Source of the DNA: a virus
Virus record (IMG/VR): IMGVR_UViG_3300035034_000924
Location: 1 to 64,000 of that record
Reading direction: 5' to 3' (one strand)
Length of the DNA stretch: 64,000 bases
Part shown: positions 18,624-27,878 of the stretch, piece by piece
Layout of the letters: every line of letters starts with the position of its first letter
Numbering within the stretch: the first letter of the stretch is position 1
Program-made: the position numbers and the translations under genes
Notes under the pieces: model-generated
What the model was told of the DNA's origin: nothing
What the model saw: the letters and a program-made list of their open reading frames with translations, nothing else
The model's database searches: none

Positions 18624-19117
18624 TGGTAGTCCGCGCCCGTGCGAGACTGACAGGCAGAAAAGCTCTCCTTAAGAAATACCGAAGGATCGCTTCACAACTG
18701 CCGGGGATCGTAGCAGATAAAGATGGTGTCATAGCTGACATAGTCGTTCGACACATTCAAGAACGGTTCGAGACTAAGCAGGGCCCTGACGGTACACCAT
18801 GGCCTGCCTTAGCCGAAGGTAACTTCCCCAGAGGCAACCCAGACAAAAAAGACATCCTGCGGGATAGTGGGAAACTCAGTAAGTCGATTGGGGTAGCCTC
18901 TTCCGGCTTCGTGTCTTCTATCCGAGGTAACACGGGTTTCGGTTTTCGTGTAGGGGTACTAGGTAACTTACCTTATGCTAGGACCATGCAAAGCGGGGGA
19001 GCGTCTCCACTGACAGGCGGGAAAGTACCTGCGAGACCTTTCATGGGGGTAAGCGACGAAATGGTGGAAGACGCAATCAGCCACGTACAAGAACGTGTAG
19101 CTAAGGTAATAAGATAA
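18623..19117 (+). CDS. virion morphogenesis / tail completion protein
   Basis: RF....PDG.PW..L, IL.DSG.L..SI, N.PYA..Q.GG, PARPFMG. Confidence 0.85.
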   Translation: MVVRARARLTGRKALLKKYRRIASQLPGIVADKDGVIADIVVRHIQERFETKQGPDGTPWPALAEGNFPRGNPDKKDILRDSGKLSKSIGVASSGFVSSIRGNTGFGFRVGVLGNLPYARTMQSGGASPLTGGKVPARPFMGVSDEMVEDAISHVQERVAKVIR

Positions 19118-19596
19118 TGAAAACCAGTTTACTTGAGCAGGAACTAATAGACGTAGTCAGTGCCTTAGACGGTTTTGATGACCGCGTATTCTCTGTTTAC
19201 AATATGGACGAGCTGGAAGAGAAGGCCTCTATATCAGGCTTCCCTATCGTGGCTATTGGCTTCGAAAGAGCTGTTCCTTCGCCCGGTAATCAAGGGGTAA
19301 CTGCCGAGGGCAGGACAAAGACCGGATCTGATGATAGAATGCTTGTCAATAAAAGATTTACTATAGTGGTCGGTGTCGATTACAATTGGAACGGTGAAGG
19401 CGAATCTGGTAGTAGAGCAGTAGCGACTGATTTGTTAGATGACATACGCAGAGCACTGCTAGGGTATGTCGGTGTAAACAAAGGAAGACCATGGAGGTTC
19501 GTAGGGGAAGGCCCTACTGATACAGCTTTGGCTAGTGTGATTTTTTATGCACAAACGTGGGAGACCACAACACTTATCACAGGCGGTAACGCCTAA
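19117..19596 (+). CDS. putative tail terminator
   Basis: Size and position before the tail tube; LLD.IR.AL.G motif. Confidence 0.6.
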   Translation: MKTSLLEQELIDVVSALDGFDDRVFSVYNMDELEEKASISGFPIVAIGFERAVPSPGNQGVTAEGRTKTGSDDRMLVNKRFTIVVGVDYNWNGEGESGSRAVATDLLDDIRRALLGYVGVNKGRPWRFVGEGPTDTALASVIFYAQTWETTTLITGGNA

Positions 19597-19619
19597 AATC
19601 CGACAGGAGAAATAGACCC

Positions 19620-20381
19620 ATGAACTATTACTATTCTGGTCAGGGTTCGTTATATGTCGGGGAGCGAGACGCTAATGGTCAGCCCAAGGGTCTCCTTCCT
19701 GTAGGTAACGTACCTACGCTTGAAATCTCAATCGAGATTGAAAAGTTTGAACACAAGGAAGCCGAGACAGGCAACCGCTCCACTGACTTGACGATCATTC
19801 AGGAACTGAACGGTACTTTCAATGCTGTTCTCGAATCTATCACTTCAGCTAACTTGGCGCTGGGATTCTTCGGAACCTCTGCTACAGTTGCTGGTGCGGT
19901 AGTCGCTGCTGAAGATATCCTCATTGAAACCGAGGAAGTCATTTACCCACTGGCGAATATCAACATTGACGATAGTGTCGAGCCTACTTGTGAAGACAGC
20001 CTAGCTGCTTCGCTAACGCTCGATACTGACTTCGAAGTTGATTACGCTAATGGTACGGTCAAGCTCTTGGCTGCCTATGGCGGGTCACTGCCTGAGACGT
20101 TTACCTTCGGGTACACGTTCCTTAGCCAGCTGAAGATGAGCGCCTTTACGAAGACCACCATCGAACGGTATCTGCGTTTCCAAGGCCTTAACACGGCAAC
20201 GGAAGCAAGTGACCCGGTCGTTGTGGATATCTTCAAGGCGTCCATTGACCCAGCACAGAACTACGGCTTGATTAACGAGGAAGTGGCTTCTTTGACACTT
20301 ACTGGTAATATCTTGCAGGACAGCTTGAACGCTAGCAAAGGTTCTGAGTTCTTTATCGAGCGAAGGACTGGGTCGCTATAA
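19620..20381 (+). CDS. major tail tube protein
   Basis: YYSGQG, VGNVP.L, EHKE..TG.R..D, LRF.GLNTA, VVVDIFK; AGGAG RBS. Confidence 0.85.
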   Translation: MNYYYSGQGSLYVGERDANGQPKGLLPVGNVPTLEISIEIEKFEHKEAETGNRSTDLTIIQELNGTFNAVLESITSANLALGFFGTSATVAGAVVAAEDILIETEEVIYPLANINIDDSVEPTCEDSLAASLTLDTDFEVDYANGTVKLLAAYGGSLPETFTFGYTFLSQLKMSAFTKTTIERYLRFQGLNTATEASDPVVVDIFKASIDPAQNYGLINEEVASLTLTGNILQDSLNASKGSEFFIERRTGSL

Positions 20382-20407
20382 AGCGATTGCAGTTTTGGTG
20401 AAACTTT

Positions 20408-20434
20408 AGCGCTCTCTATATGGGGGCGCTTTTT
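20408..20434 (+). terminator. intrinsic terminator
   Basis: AGCGCTCTC/GGGGGCGCT stem plus T-tract. Confidence 0.75.
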
Positions 20435-20451
20435 ATTTAAAAGGTGAAAAC

Positions 20452-20973
20452 ATGAGTGAAGTAGAAGATCAAGGCGTAGATGGTTTCGACATGGATGAGT
20501 TCATGCAAATCATCGAAGGTGCTGCCCCATACACGGTATACCTCAGTGAACGATACCCATCGGTCGAGATTAAAACCGTCAGAGCAGCGCAGCTATTTAA
20601 TATTACAGACCTATTGCGGGGTGTGTTATCCGTAGTAGGTAGCGAGGTGCTGACCTCTGACAAAGCCTTGCAAACGTTTGCAAAGAAATTTATGGAGAAC
20701 CCAGATGTTATCTTTGATCTGGTGCAGGACAACGAAGAAAGGCTATTCCGCGTTCTGGCAGGCATGTCTAATCTGTCAGAAGAGCAAGTCATGGACCTTG
20801 AAGTCGATGAAGTCGCTATCCTTACTATGTGCGAGTGGAGGTTGAACGAACGTTTTTTTATGACGCGGGTGAAGACCCGCCTCTCCCAACTGATGCCGCA
20901 GCAAAGCACAGAGCAATTGTCGAAAGGTCCGAAGCCCAAAGGCGGGCAAGGTCGAAAGGCGAGCAAAAAGTAA
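20452..20973 (+). CDS. tail assembly chaperone (gpG-like)
   Basis: Between tail tube and tape measure; contains slippery sequences. Confidence 0.75.
   Translation: MSEVEDQGVDGFDMDEFMQIIEGAAPYTVYLSERYPSVEIKTVRAAQLFNITDLLRGVLSVVGSEVLTSDKALQTFAKKFMENPDVIFDLVQDNEERLFRVLAGMSNLSEEQVMDLEVDEVAILTMCEWRLNERFFMTRVKTRLSQLMPQQSTEQLSKGPKPKGGQGRKASKK
20668..20683. repeat. dispersed palindrome, full 16-mer
   Basis: TTGCAAACGTTTGCAA. Confidence 0.9.
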
Positions 20974-21248
20974 TATCAAGACAGAAGCTAGCTAACCAGA
21001 TACTGGAGGGGGTAGTCAGTCTGGTTAGCTCAGGCTTCCAAGAACAGGAAGTGATTAACTGGCCGTACCCGAAGTTTCTTGCCTACTCTAGTGCCGTAGA
21101 GCGCAAACGGATGAAAGATAGGCTTGAATTTTCTTACGATGTGATGCAAGGTGTATCTGGCCTCTTTGGTGGAGGTAAGGGCAAGAATCCGTTACAGAAG
21201 CATATTGACGAGCTTCAACTTAAGATAGAAGAACTCCATGGCGGCTGA
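20829..21248 (+). CDS. tail assembly chaperone frameshift extension (gpT-like)
   Basis: Open in the -1 frame relative to 20452; no clear start of its own. Confidence 0.6.
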   Translation: MRVEVERTFFYDAGEDPPLPTDAAAKHRAIVERSEAQRRARSKGEQKVISRQKLANQILEGVVSLVSSGFQEQEVINWPYPKFLAYSSAVERKRMKDRLEFSYDVMQGVSGLFGGGKGKNPLQKHIDELQLKIEELHGG

Positions 21249-24200
21249 AGATAGTTTATTACTTAGGATTATCGGGCGGGACGAAGCTTCCCGCTCGGTT
21301 AACCGTGTTCAAAGTTCCATAATCCGGGTAGTGGGTGCAGTCGCTTCGCTTAACGCAGCGTTCCGTACCCTAGCCTTCCCTGTACAGCAAGCTATCGAGT
21401 TCGAATCTGCCCTTAGCGACATCCAGAAGACTACTGGGTTCACAGATACATCCATCAAGGCCCTAGGCCAATCCTTACGAGACCTATCTATTGAGATAGG
21501 TGTGAGCGCCACTGAGCTTGCCTCTATCGCCGCAGCAGCGGGCCAGTTAGGTCTAGGCAACCAAGGTAGGCAGGCTATCCTAGCGTTTACTGATACGGTC
21601 GCCCGTTTCGCTACCGTAGCTGACCTTTCTGTTGACGCAGCGGGTACGTCTATCGCCAAGATTAGTAACCTGTTCCAGATACCAATTAACCAAGCTGAGC
21701 GAGTCTCTTCTGCGTTTAACGAACTATCCAACACCACGGTCGCTACGGCTGACCAACTAGTAGACATCGTTCGCCGTATCGGTTCAGCGGGTGGTCTCCT
21801 TGAGTTCGCAGAAACTGCAGCAATCGCAGCGACGTCACTAGAACTTGGCCAGACAGTGGAAGTAGCAGGCACTGCTGTAACCAAAGCATTCGCCAACATG
21901 CGGGTAGCTGCTGCAGACTTCGCGGAGCTTCAAGAGCTGTCCACAGATCAGTGGGTAGAGAATCTACAAACTAGTGGCATACAGGCGCTTAAGGATGTCA
22001 TTTCGACTATTGGCGAACTGGAGGGCGTGGCGCAAGGCGCGGAGATTCGTAACTTGTTTGGCGGGGGTAGGCAGTTTGCTTTCATCTCTAGGCTGGTTGA
22101 GGACGCACAGAACGACTTCAAGATACTAGACGCTACTCTGGCAAACTCAAGAAACCAGTTCGATCTAGCTACCAGCTCTATCGAAGAGTTCGCTAATAAA
22201 CAACGAAGCACCCAGAGACAGATAGGCCTTACTACCGTGGCATTTACCGACCTGTCTATCGTAGCGGGCCAGAGGTTCCTTCCAGCATTCAGGGACGTAC
22301 TGGGTAGCCTGAGAGACTTCGCTACCTCGGAGGAGACTATAAATAGGGTCGAGGCATTCGCTGATAATTTGCTTGCAGCTGCTCAGGCTTCTTCCAGCTT
22401 CCTTGCGTCGTTTGGCCCGATACTGCCGAGCTTAGAAACATTCGTATCTATACTAACCATACTGAGTGGGCTAGTAGTACTCAGATCTATTATAGGTTTG
22501 TTCGCTGGGTTAGCTACCCCTATAGGCGTTGCGTCCAATCTGATAGGAGGGTTCGGTAAGTTAGTGACACTTGCCGTTACTCAGGTTGCTATATTAGTAC
22601 CTGCGTTGACGGGATTAGGTAATGCCTTCTTGTTGTTCTCTGGTAAGATCGCAGCAGCCGCGACCGCAGCCAGAGCTGTGCTGTTAGGTCCGGCAGGTAT
22701 TGTCATCGCCATAGCTGCAGGTATTGCACTACTTATACCACAGGTGCGCGAGGCGTTAGGTGACTTCGTTGATCTATTCCGTGACGGGACTGATGAACTA
22801 GCCGCGAGTAACCGGGCCACGCTGCGAGAGGTCGAGCGGGACATAGCCGCATTCCAAGAAGCACTGGAGTCCAATAACGGCAGAGGCATTGAAGCAGTTA
22901 ATCTCGACTCTAAAAATGTCGATGACCTGATTGCGAAAATATCCAAGCAGATAGGTATCGTTGGCCAACTGCAGGGAGCCATAAGAGGCGCTACTTCGGA
23001 GCAGCAAAGATTGCGGGAGGAAGGGGAGCGTACCCTAGGGGCCTACGATGACGTGACAGCGTCAATCTCCAACCTAGAGAGACAACAGCTATCGTTCCAA
23101 GAAAAGGCCTCCACGGCCTCTCAGGGAGCTGCAGCGTCGGCTCAGGAATCCTTAAGGCGGGTAACAGCCGAGCTTGACACACAAAGGCAGCGGGCTTCCC
23201 TGCTAGAAAGACAGATTGCAAACGTCCAGAGGCAATACTCGCAAGTAGGCGATGCTGGGGCAAGGTTCTCTGCTGAGTTCCAAACAGCGGTGGTTAGCCT
23301 AACTCAGGTACTAAGTAATAGTGAGTTCCGTGCGATACAGGCAAACCTCCAGCTCGATGAGCAGAGACGGTCACTTATTGCCCTGCGTAAAGAAATCAGA
23401 GAGCTAGGTTCTTTGGATGCGAGTGCGCTGGACGAAGAAGCAGTATCTTCAAACAACGCCAGACTGTTAGAGCTTGAACAGCAATCTACCAGTACGGAAA
23501 TAGCCGTAGCAGATCTTACGGAAGTAGTTGACGAGCTAGCCCCTGCATTGAAAGGCGCGATACCAGAATCAGTACTGGCTACGCTCAGGGGTTTCGACAA
23601 CGAAGTACAGGACGGGCTAGTCAAGTCGTTAGGTGATGTACGTAATAACTTGGAGACTGTAGTATTCAGCACGAGCGGTGCGGTAAGAGAACTGACTTCG
23701 CTGGTCGCTACCTTGATACAGGCGGAAGCCCAAGCCCCTGCGCTTAAACTTTTGTCAGACAGAGCTACAGAGACAGCCAAGTCTGTATCGGGTATCTTCG
23801 ACAACTTGCCCAGTGTCATAGCAGCAACACGCCAGCAGTTGGCCGATTTCGTATCTCGTATTGACGATATCCCTGCGCAACGAAGACTTACGATCAGGCT
23901 ATCCACGGAGCGGGAAGATATCACGGACCTGTTCGATAAAGAGCAAGCACGGATAACTAAACGATTTGAAGATGCTGTTGCCAGAATTCAGGACATAGAT
24001 TCGGGGGCAGGCCAAAGAAGACTCACTCAGTTAACCAGACAGCGTGATCGTTCGATAGAGATAGCGGAGAGCACCAGAGACACCTCACAGGCTCAGCTGG
24101 AGCTTCAAGGCGCTACAGAGAAGTTCAACAACCTTCTGGAGCGGTCTGCGCAGTTACGGTCTCAGGCAGGCATTCTGCAGAAGCAGATTAACGACCTTAG

Positions 24201-25431
24201 TGCGGATGGGCGAACCTTAGACGCAGAAGGCGTTAGGCAGCAGACCCAGCTTCTAGAAAGAATGAAGCTTGTTCAATCCCAGATCCGTTCTATCAACCCA
24301 GACATTCTGGCTAGTGCAGAGTCCTTTGGTTCCATCACTTCTGAAGTAGGTGAGATTGATCGGGCGCTCGGCAAAGAGCTAATACCGGACGCTCTGTTTG
24401 ACGAATTCGCCACCCAAGCCAAAGAGTCAATACAAGCTAACGTCACTGCACTAGGCTCTCTGGTCGAGGCAGGCGGGCAAGCCGCAATAGAACTTAAGGC
24501 AGCTGCCCAAGAAATCGGCGGGATCGACTCGGTAACCAAGTCAGCTAACGAAAGGATCGAACAGCTGCTTAAAGGCCTAGGCGCTACCCAAAGTTTGGTG
24601 AAAGGGATCAGAGAGAATCTGGAGCAAGGGTTTAACAGCGAAACTGGCCTTGTTGGTCTACTGGACAGGATCACCAAGTTTGGCCAGAGCGGCTTCGACA
24701 TCCCAGTGCGGTTTAATGACACCGAAGAGGTACGTCGGTTGTCGAGTGCTATCCAAGACGCCGCGTTATCTGTTCCTATAAGTTTCGAGACCCAGCAGGC
24801 CATTAACCAACTGCAAGAAGAAGGCGTTAACGACGTCGCTATTACCGTACCTGTTAAGGTCACTCCAGAAAAGTCAGTCACTGAGGTGATAGACGAAGGC
24901 CCGAGAGATGTGGCGGATGTAGACCTATCTGTTGATGATAGCAACCTTCGCAGGATCGTAGATAAGGAATACACGGCCAAGCTGAAACTTGAGGTAGACG
25001 TCGTAGGCGGTAACTTACAGGGCGAAGGTGTTTTACAGGACCTTATCCCCGCGTTTGCCAGCGGCGGTGGTGTTCGAGGACCGGGCACAGGCACGTCAGA
25101 TTCAATACTCGCTAGGCTTTCCAATGGCGAGTACGTAATGGATGCACTTACCACGAGCAGGTTCGGCTCTGGGTTCTTTGCCAGCTTGCAGAAGCTAGCT
25201 AGGAGGGGCGTATCCGTGCCTAAGTTCGCCAACGGTGGGCCAGTAGGTAGCGTAAACTCGCCTAGAGGCGTCCAAGGTATCGCATCTGCTGCAGGCGGTC
25301 TAGCATCCGATGTAGTCAGACTAGTACTGGACATGGGGGACGAATCGGTCGAGCTAACAGGCGATAGGGCTGACGTCGAGAGATTGCAGCGAAGGCTGAA
25401 GAACGTCACTAAGAGAGGCGGGATAAGATAA
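21238..25431 (+). CDS. tape measure protein
   Basis: 1397 aa; AI.FESA..DI.KT, AAAAGQLG, N.L.N...AT; C-terminal FASGG.V.GPGTGTSDSI.ARLSNGEYV. Confidence 0.95.
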   Translation: MAAEDSLLLRIIGRDEASRSVNRVQSSIIRVVGAVASLNAAFRTLAFPVQQAIEFESALSDIQKTTGFTDTSIKALGQSLRDLSIEIGVSATELASIAAAAGQLGLGNQGRQAILAFTDTVARFATVADLSVDAAGTSIAKISNLFQIPINQAERVSSAFNELSNTTVATADQLVDIVRRIGSAGGLLEFAETAAIAATSLELGQTVEVAGTAVTKAFANMRVAAADFAELQELSTDQWVENLQTSGIQALKDVISTIGELEGVAQGAEIRNLFGGGRQFAFISRLVEDAQNDFKILDATLANSRNQFDLATSSIEEFANKQRSTQRQIGLTTVAFTDLSIVAGQRFLPAFRDVLGSLRDFATSEETINRVEAFADNLLAAAQASSSFLASFGPILPSLETFVSILTILSGLVVLRSIIGLFAGLATPIGVASNLIGGFGKLVTLAVTQVAILVPALTGLGNAFLLFSGKIAAAATAARAVLLGPAGIVIAIAAGIALLIPQVREALGDFVDLFRDGTDELAASNRATLREVERDIAAFQEALESNNGRGIEAVNLDSKNVDDLIAKISKQIGIVGQLQGAIRGATSEQQRLREEGERTLGAYDDVTASISNLERQQLSFQEKASTASQGAAASAQESLRRVTAELDTQRQRASLLERQIANVQRQYSQVGDAGARFSAEFQTAVVSLTQVLSNSEFRAIQANLQLDEQRRSLIALRKEIRELGSLDASALDEEAVSSNNARLLELEQQSTSTEIAVADLTEVVDELAPALKGAIPESVLATLRGFDNEVQDGLVKSLGDVRNNLETVVFSTSGAVRELTSLVATLIQAEAQAPALKLLSDRATETAKSVSGIFDNLPSVIAATRQQLADFVSRIDDIPAQRRLTIRLSTEREDITDLFDKEQARITKRFEDAVARIQDIDSGAGQRRLTQLTRQRDRSIEIAESTRDTSQAQLELQGATEKFNNLLERSAQLRSQAGILQKQINDLSADGRTLDAEGVRQQTQLLERMKLVQSQIRSINPDILASAESFGSITSEVGEIDRALGKELIPDALFDEFATQAKESIQANVTALGSLVEAGGQAAIELKAAAQEIGGIDSVTKSANERIEQLLKGLGATQSLVKGIRENLEQGFNSETGLVGLLDRITKFGQSGFDIPVRFNDTEEVRRLSSAIQDAALSVPISFETQQAINQLQEEGVNDVAITVPVKVTPEKSVTEVIDEGPRDVADVDLSVDDSNLRRIVDKEYTAKLKLEVDVVGGNLQGEGVLQDLIPAFASGGGVRGPGTGTSDSILARLSNGEYVMDALTTSRFGSGFFASLQKLARRGVSVPKFANGGPVGSVNSPRGVQGIASAAGGLASDVVRLVLDMGDESVELTGDRADVERLQRRLKNVTKRGGIR

Positions 25432-25829
25432 TGCCTGAAGTAGGAAGTATCTCATTAGGCGGGGTAGATCTTAACAACAGCCTGCAATGGAATAACCGAT
25501 ACCAATGGAGTCCGGCGCAGCAGAATGTAAGATCGACTCTGCTAGGTAACCAAGTGATATACCAGCAGGTAGTCACTGTAGGCAGGCCAATCGACTTGGA
25601 GGCCACCGACACCACAGGATGGCTGACCAAGGCCATGGTAGACAGTCTGCTTGCGTTAGCAGAAGAGCCTTCGGTAACTCGAACTCTGGTATTCCACGGA
25701 GAGAGCTACCAAGTGAAGTTCAAATACGAAGAGAATCAGTCCCCTGTAGCGTTTGTCCCTATACGAACGAAGCAGGTTCTATCCCCAGAAGATTGGATGG
25801 TCGGGACAATTAAATTGTTTACGGTGTAG
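25431..25829 (+). CDS. distal tail (Dit-like) protein
   Basis: Directly after the tape measure; W.P..Q....TL.G, GRPI.L. Confidence 0.65.
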   Translation: MPEVGSISLGGVDLNNSLQWNNRYQWSPAQQNVRSTLLGNQVIYQQVVTVGRPIDLEATDTTGWLTKAMVDSLLALAEEPSVTRTLVFHGESYQVKFKYEENQSPVAFVPIRTKQVLSPEDWMVGTIKLFTV

Positions 25830-25853
25830 GTTACACCTATAATCTAATAAACT

Positions 25854-25867
25854 TGCAAACGTTTGCA
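25854..25867. repeat. dispersed palindrome, exact, intergenic
   Basis: TGCAAACGTTTGCA. Confidence 0.9.
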
Positions 25868-25886
25868 TTAACACGAGGATTTTGTA

Positions 25887-26882
25887 ATGACCATCTTAGC
25901 CGCCGAAGTTAAATTCTATAAGTCAGCCGAAGTGTCTGACGCAATCACCAATGGCGGGCTAATGTCTGCCATACAGTCAGTAAGTAACGTATCGGAAAAC
26001 GTCTTCCCTAGCGTACCTCTTGCTGAGCGGACTGCGGGATCGACCAAGTACCGAAAGCTGTTCGCTAAAATTGCAAGCGTCAGTAACGAGACGCTGCAGA
26101 ACTCCAAGATCTATCTTACGCAGCCTAGCCCCGGCGATGATGTTGTCACGATCTTTGCTGCAACCCAGACGGATGTACAGGATGACATTACGGGATCTGA
26201 AGACCACTTCGGTTCTGGCAGTCTCAATGCTTCTGTACTTGCTGGAGTAACCAGCATCGACGTTCTGGTAGAAGATGATTCACTGGATCGTATATTCCGT
26301 ATCGGGGAGACCATACGCATATCTGACCAAGCGACGGTCGGTGGTGCGGGCAACGAAGAGTACAGAGAACTCACAGGCGTAAGTTACGTCGGTGATGTTG
26401 CCAGTTTGTCTTTCGCATCCGGCCTAGCCAACCCATACGATAGCAGTGACTCATATGTCAGCTCAGGTGTAGACGCAGGCAATATCGTAGGTAGCTTCGA
26501 CGGTTTCGTTGTTACCTCGTCTGCAGGCGCTTACGATGACTCTGGTTCTCCTGTAGCGGTAGATTCCATCGCGGGCATCGAAGACACGATCACCCTGACG
26601 TTTACCTCCGCTACGGCATTCACTGCAGTCGGTGCGAACGCTGGCGCTCTGGGGTCGGGTACATTAGGTTCTGACTTCTCCCCTAACAACGCAGACTTTG
26701 GCGAACCATACTTTACGCTTCTGTCTGCAGGTTTCTCGGGTACATTTGCCGCGTCGGATACTATTGTATTCAACACCCACCCAGCTTCGTTCGGTATATG
26801 GTACAAGCGTACGGTTCCTTCAGGGGCTGCTGCGTTAAGCGGTAATACAGTCCGTACCATGGTATATGGCGAGAATGTCTAA
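25887..26882 (+). CDS. minor tail protein
   Basis: D...NGG.M, NVFP.V...ER..G..KYRK.F pattern; tail module. Confidence 0.7.
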   Translation: MTILAAEVKFYKSAEVSDAITNGGLMSAIQSVSNVSENVFPSVPLAERTAGSTKYRKLFAKIASVSNETLQNSKIYLTQPSPGDDVVTIFAATQTDVQDDITGSEDHFGSGSLNASVLAGVTSIDVLVEDDSLDRIFRIGETIRISDQATVGGAGNEEYRELTGVSYVGDVASLSFASGLANPYDSSDSYVSSGVDAGNIVGSFDGFVVTSSAGAYDDSGSPVAVDSIAGIEDTITLTFTSATAFTAVGANAGALGSGTLGSDFSPNNADFGEPYFTLLSAGFSGTFAASDTIVFNTHPASFGIWYKRTVPSGAAALSGNTVRTMVYGENV

Positions 26883-26884
26883 AC

Positions 26885-27874
26885 GTGGTCACGAAGAGAG
26901 TAGACGCAAGCCAGAGAGTACCGTTCGACTCTGGGTCCCGTGAGCCGATAGCAGAAGACAAGCTTGCATTAGAGCTTGTCCCTAGCTTCGACGATCCGGG
27001 TGCGTCTAGGCCTCCTTGGCAGACCGTGCGGCTGTTCCCTGCATTGAACGGGGTGAATGTAGAAGCTTCCAGAGGTGATGTCGAATACACCGGAACTTCC
27101 GGTCAGCTAAGCCGATCAGAGTTCGTGGAGTTTAACGGCAGCCGGACTTCTTCTGTTCAGTACCCCATCGACGGCGGGAGCATACAGCCAGTAGTAAAGT
27201 TCGCCTACGATCTGGACGGTAACGAGATAGGTGCGAATTTCCTTAGCTTCGTCGCATACAACAACCAAAAAGAGATTGTCTGTAATAGGGAGTTTGTCGG
27301 GGCAGTACAGATAGACTACGTGTCGTCTTACAAGATCTACCGATACCAGCCAGAAGACGGCGTCATCTACAGCCCCACGGGCCAACTACTGTTCGCTAAC
27401 TACGGGACGATACTCGCCTTCAAGGATCAGCAATTTGCTACGCTGGAGATACAGCCACCTACCTTGAACTTCGATCAGTCGTCTTTCAAGAAAGAGCTGT
27501 ATCGCGTGGTCTCCGTGATTCAAGTCAACGAAAACGGGCCATGGGAAAAGATAGAAGATTTCGATACAGGATCTTCATGGCCTGACGGGAATGCTCCTGC
27601 AGATGGGGATAGCCTTTTTGAGTACGAGCGGGTGCATGAGATAGGCTACGTGTCCACTTTCCACAGGGGATTCGTAAACTACGAAACAAGGTCTATTGCT
27701 TTCGAGCAAGGGCCTGCTAGTGGCGACTACGTACCCGACACGCTGGAAGCACAATTCAAGTCACCTTCTGATTTCCAATCGGACTTCCTCGACGCTTACA
27801 ACCAGATCAGTATCGACAGTGCTATAGCGGGCATTAGAGATAGGTGGGGATCTGGCATAACCATAACGGAATAG
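26885..27874 (+). CDS. putative tail protein
   Basis: 329-aa ORF in the tail module. Confidence 0.6.
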   Translation: MVTKRVDASQRVPFDSGSREPIAEDKLALELVPSFDDPGASRPPWQTVRLFPALNGVNVEASRGDVEYTGTSGQLSRSEFVEFNGSRTSSVQYPIDGGSIQPVVKFAYDLDGNEIGANFLSFVAYNNQKEIVCNREFVGAVQIDYVSSYKIYRYQPEDGVIYSPTGQLLFANYGTILAFKDQQFATLEIQPPTLNFDQSSFKKELYRVVSVIQVNENGPWEKIEDFDTGSSWPDGNAPADGDSLFEYERVHEIGYVSTFHRGFVNYETRSIAFEQGPASGDYVPDTLEAQFKSPSDFQSDFLDAYNQISIDSAIAGIRDRWGSGITITE

Positions 27875-27878
27875 TGTC

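Noticed and set aside
23216-23225. Half-site TTGCAAACGT (similar partial matches near 26071 and 36720)
   Set aside because: The right arm is absent, so these were not counted among the palindromes.
24273-25409. 378-aa minus-strand ORF
   Set aside because: Antisense shadow of the tape measure; Ser-rich with no motifs.
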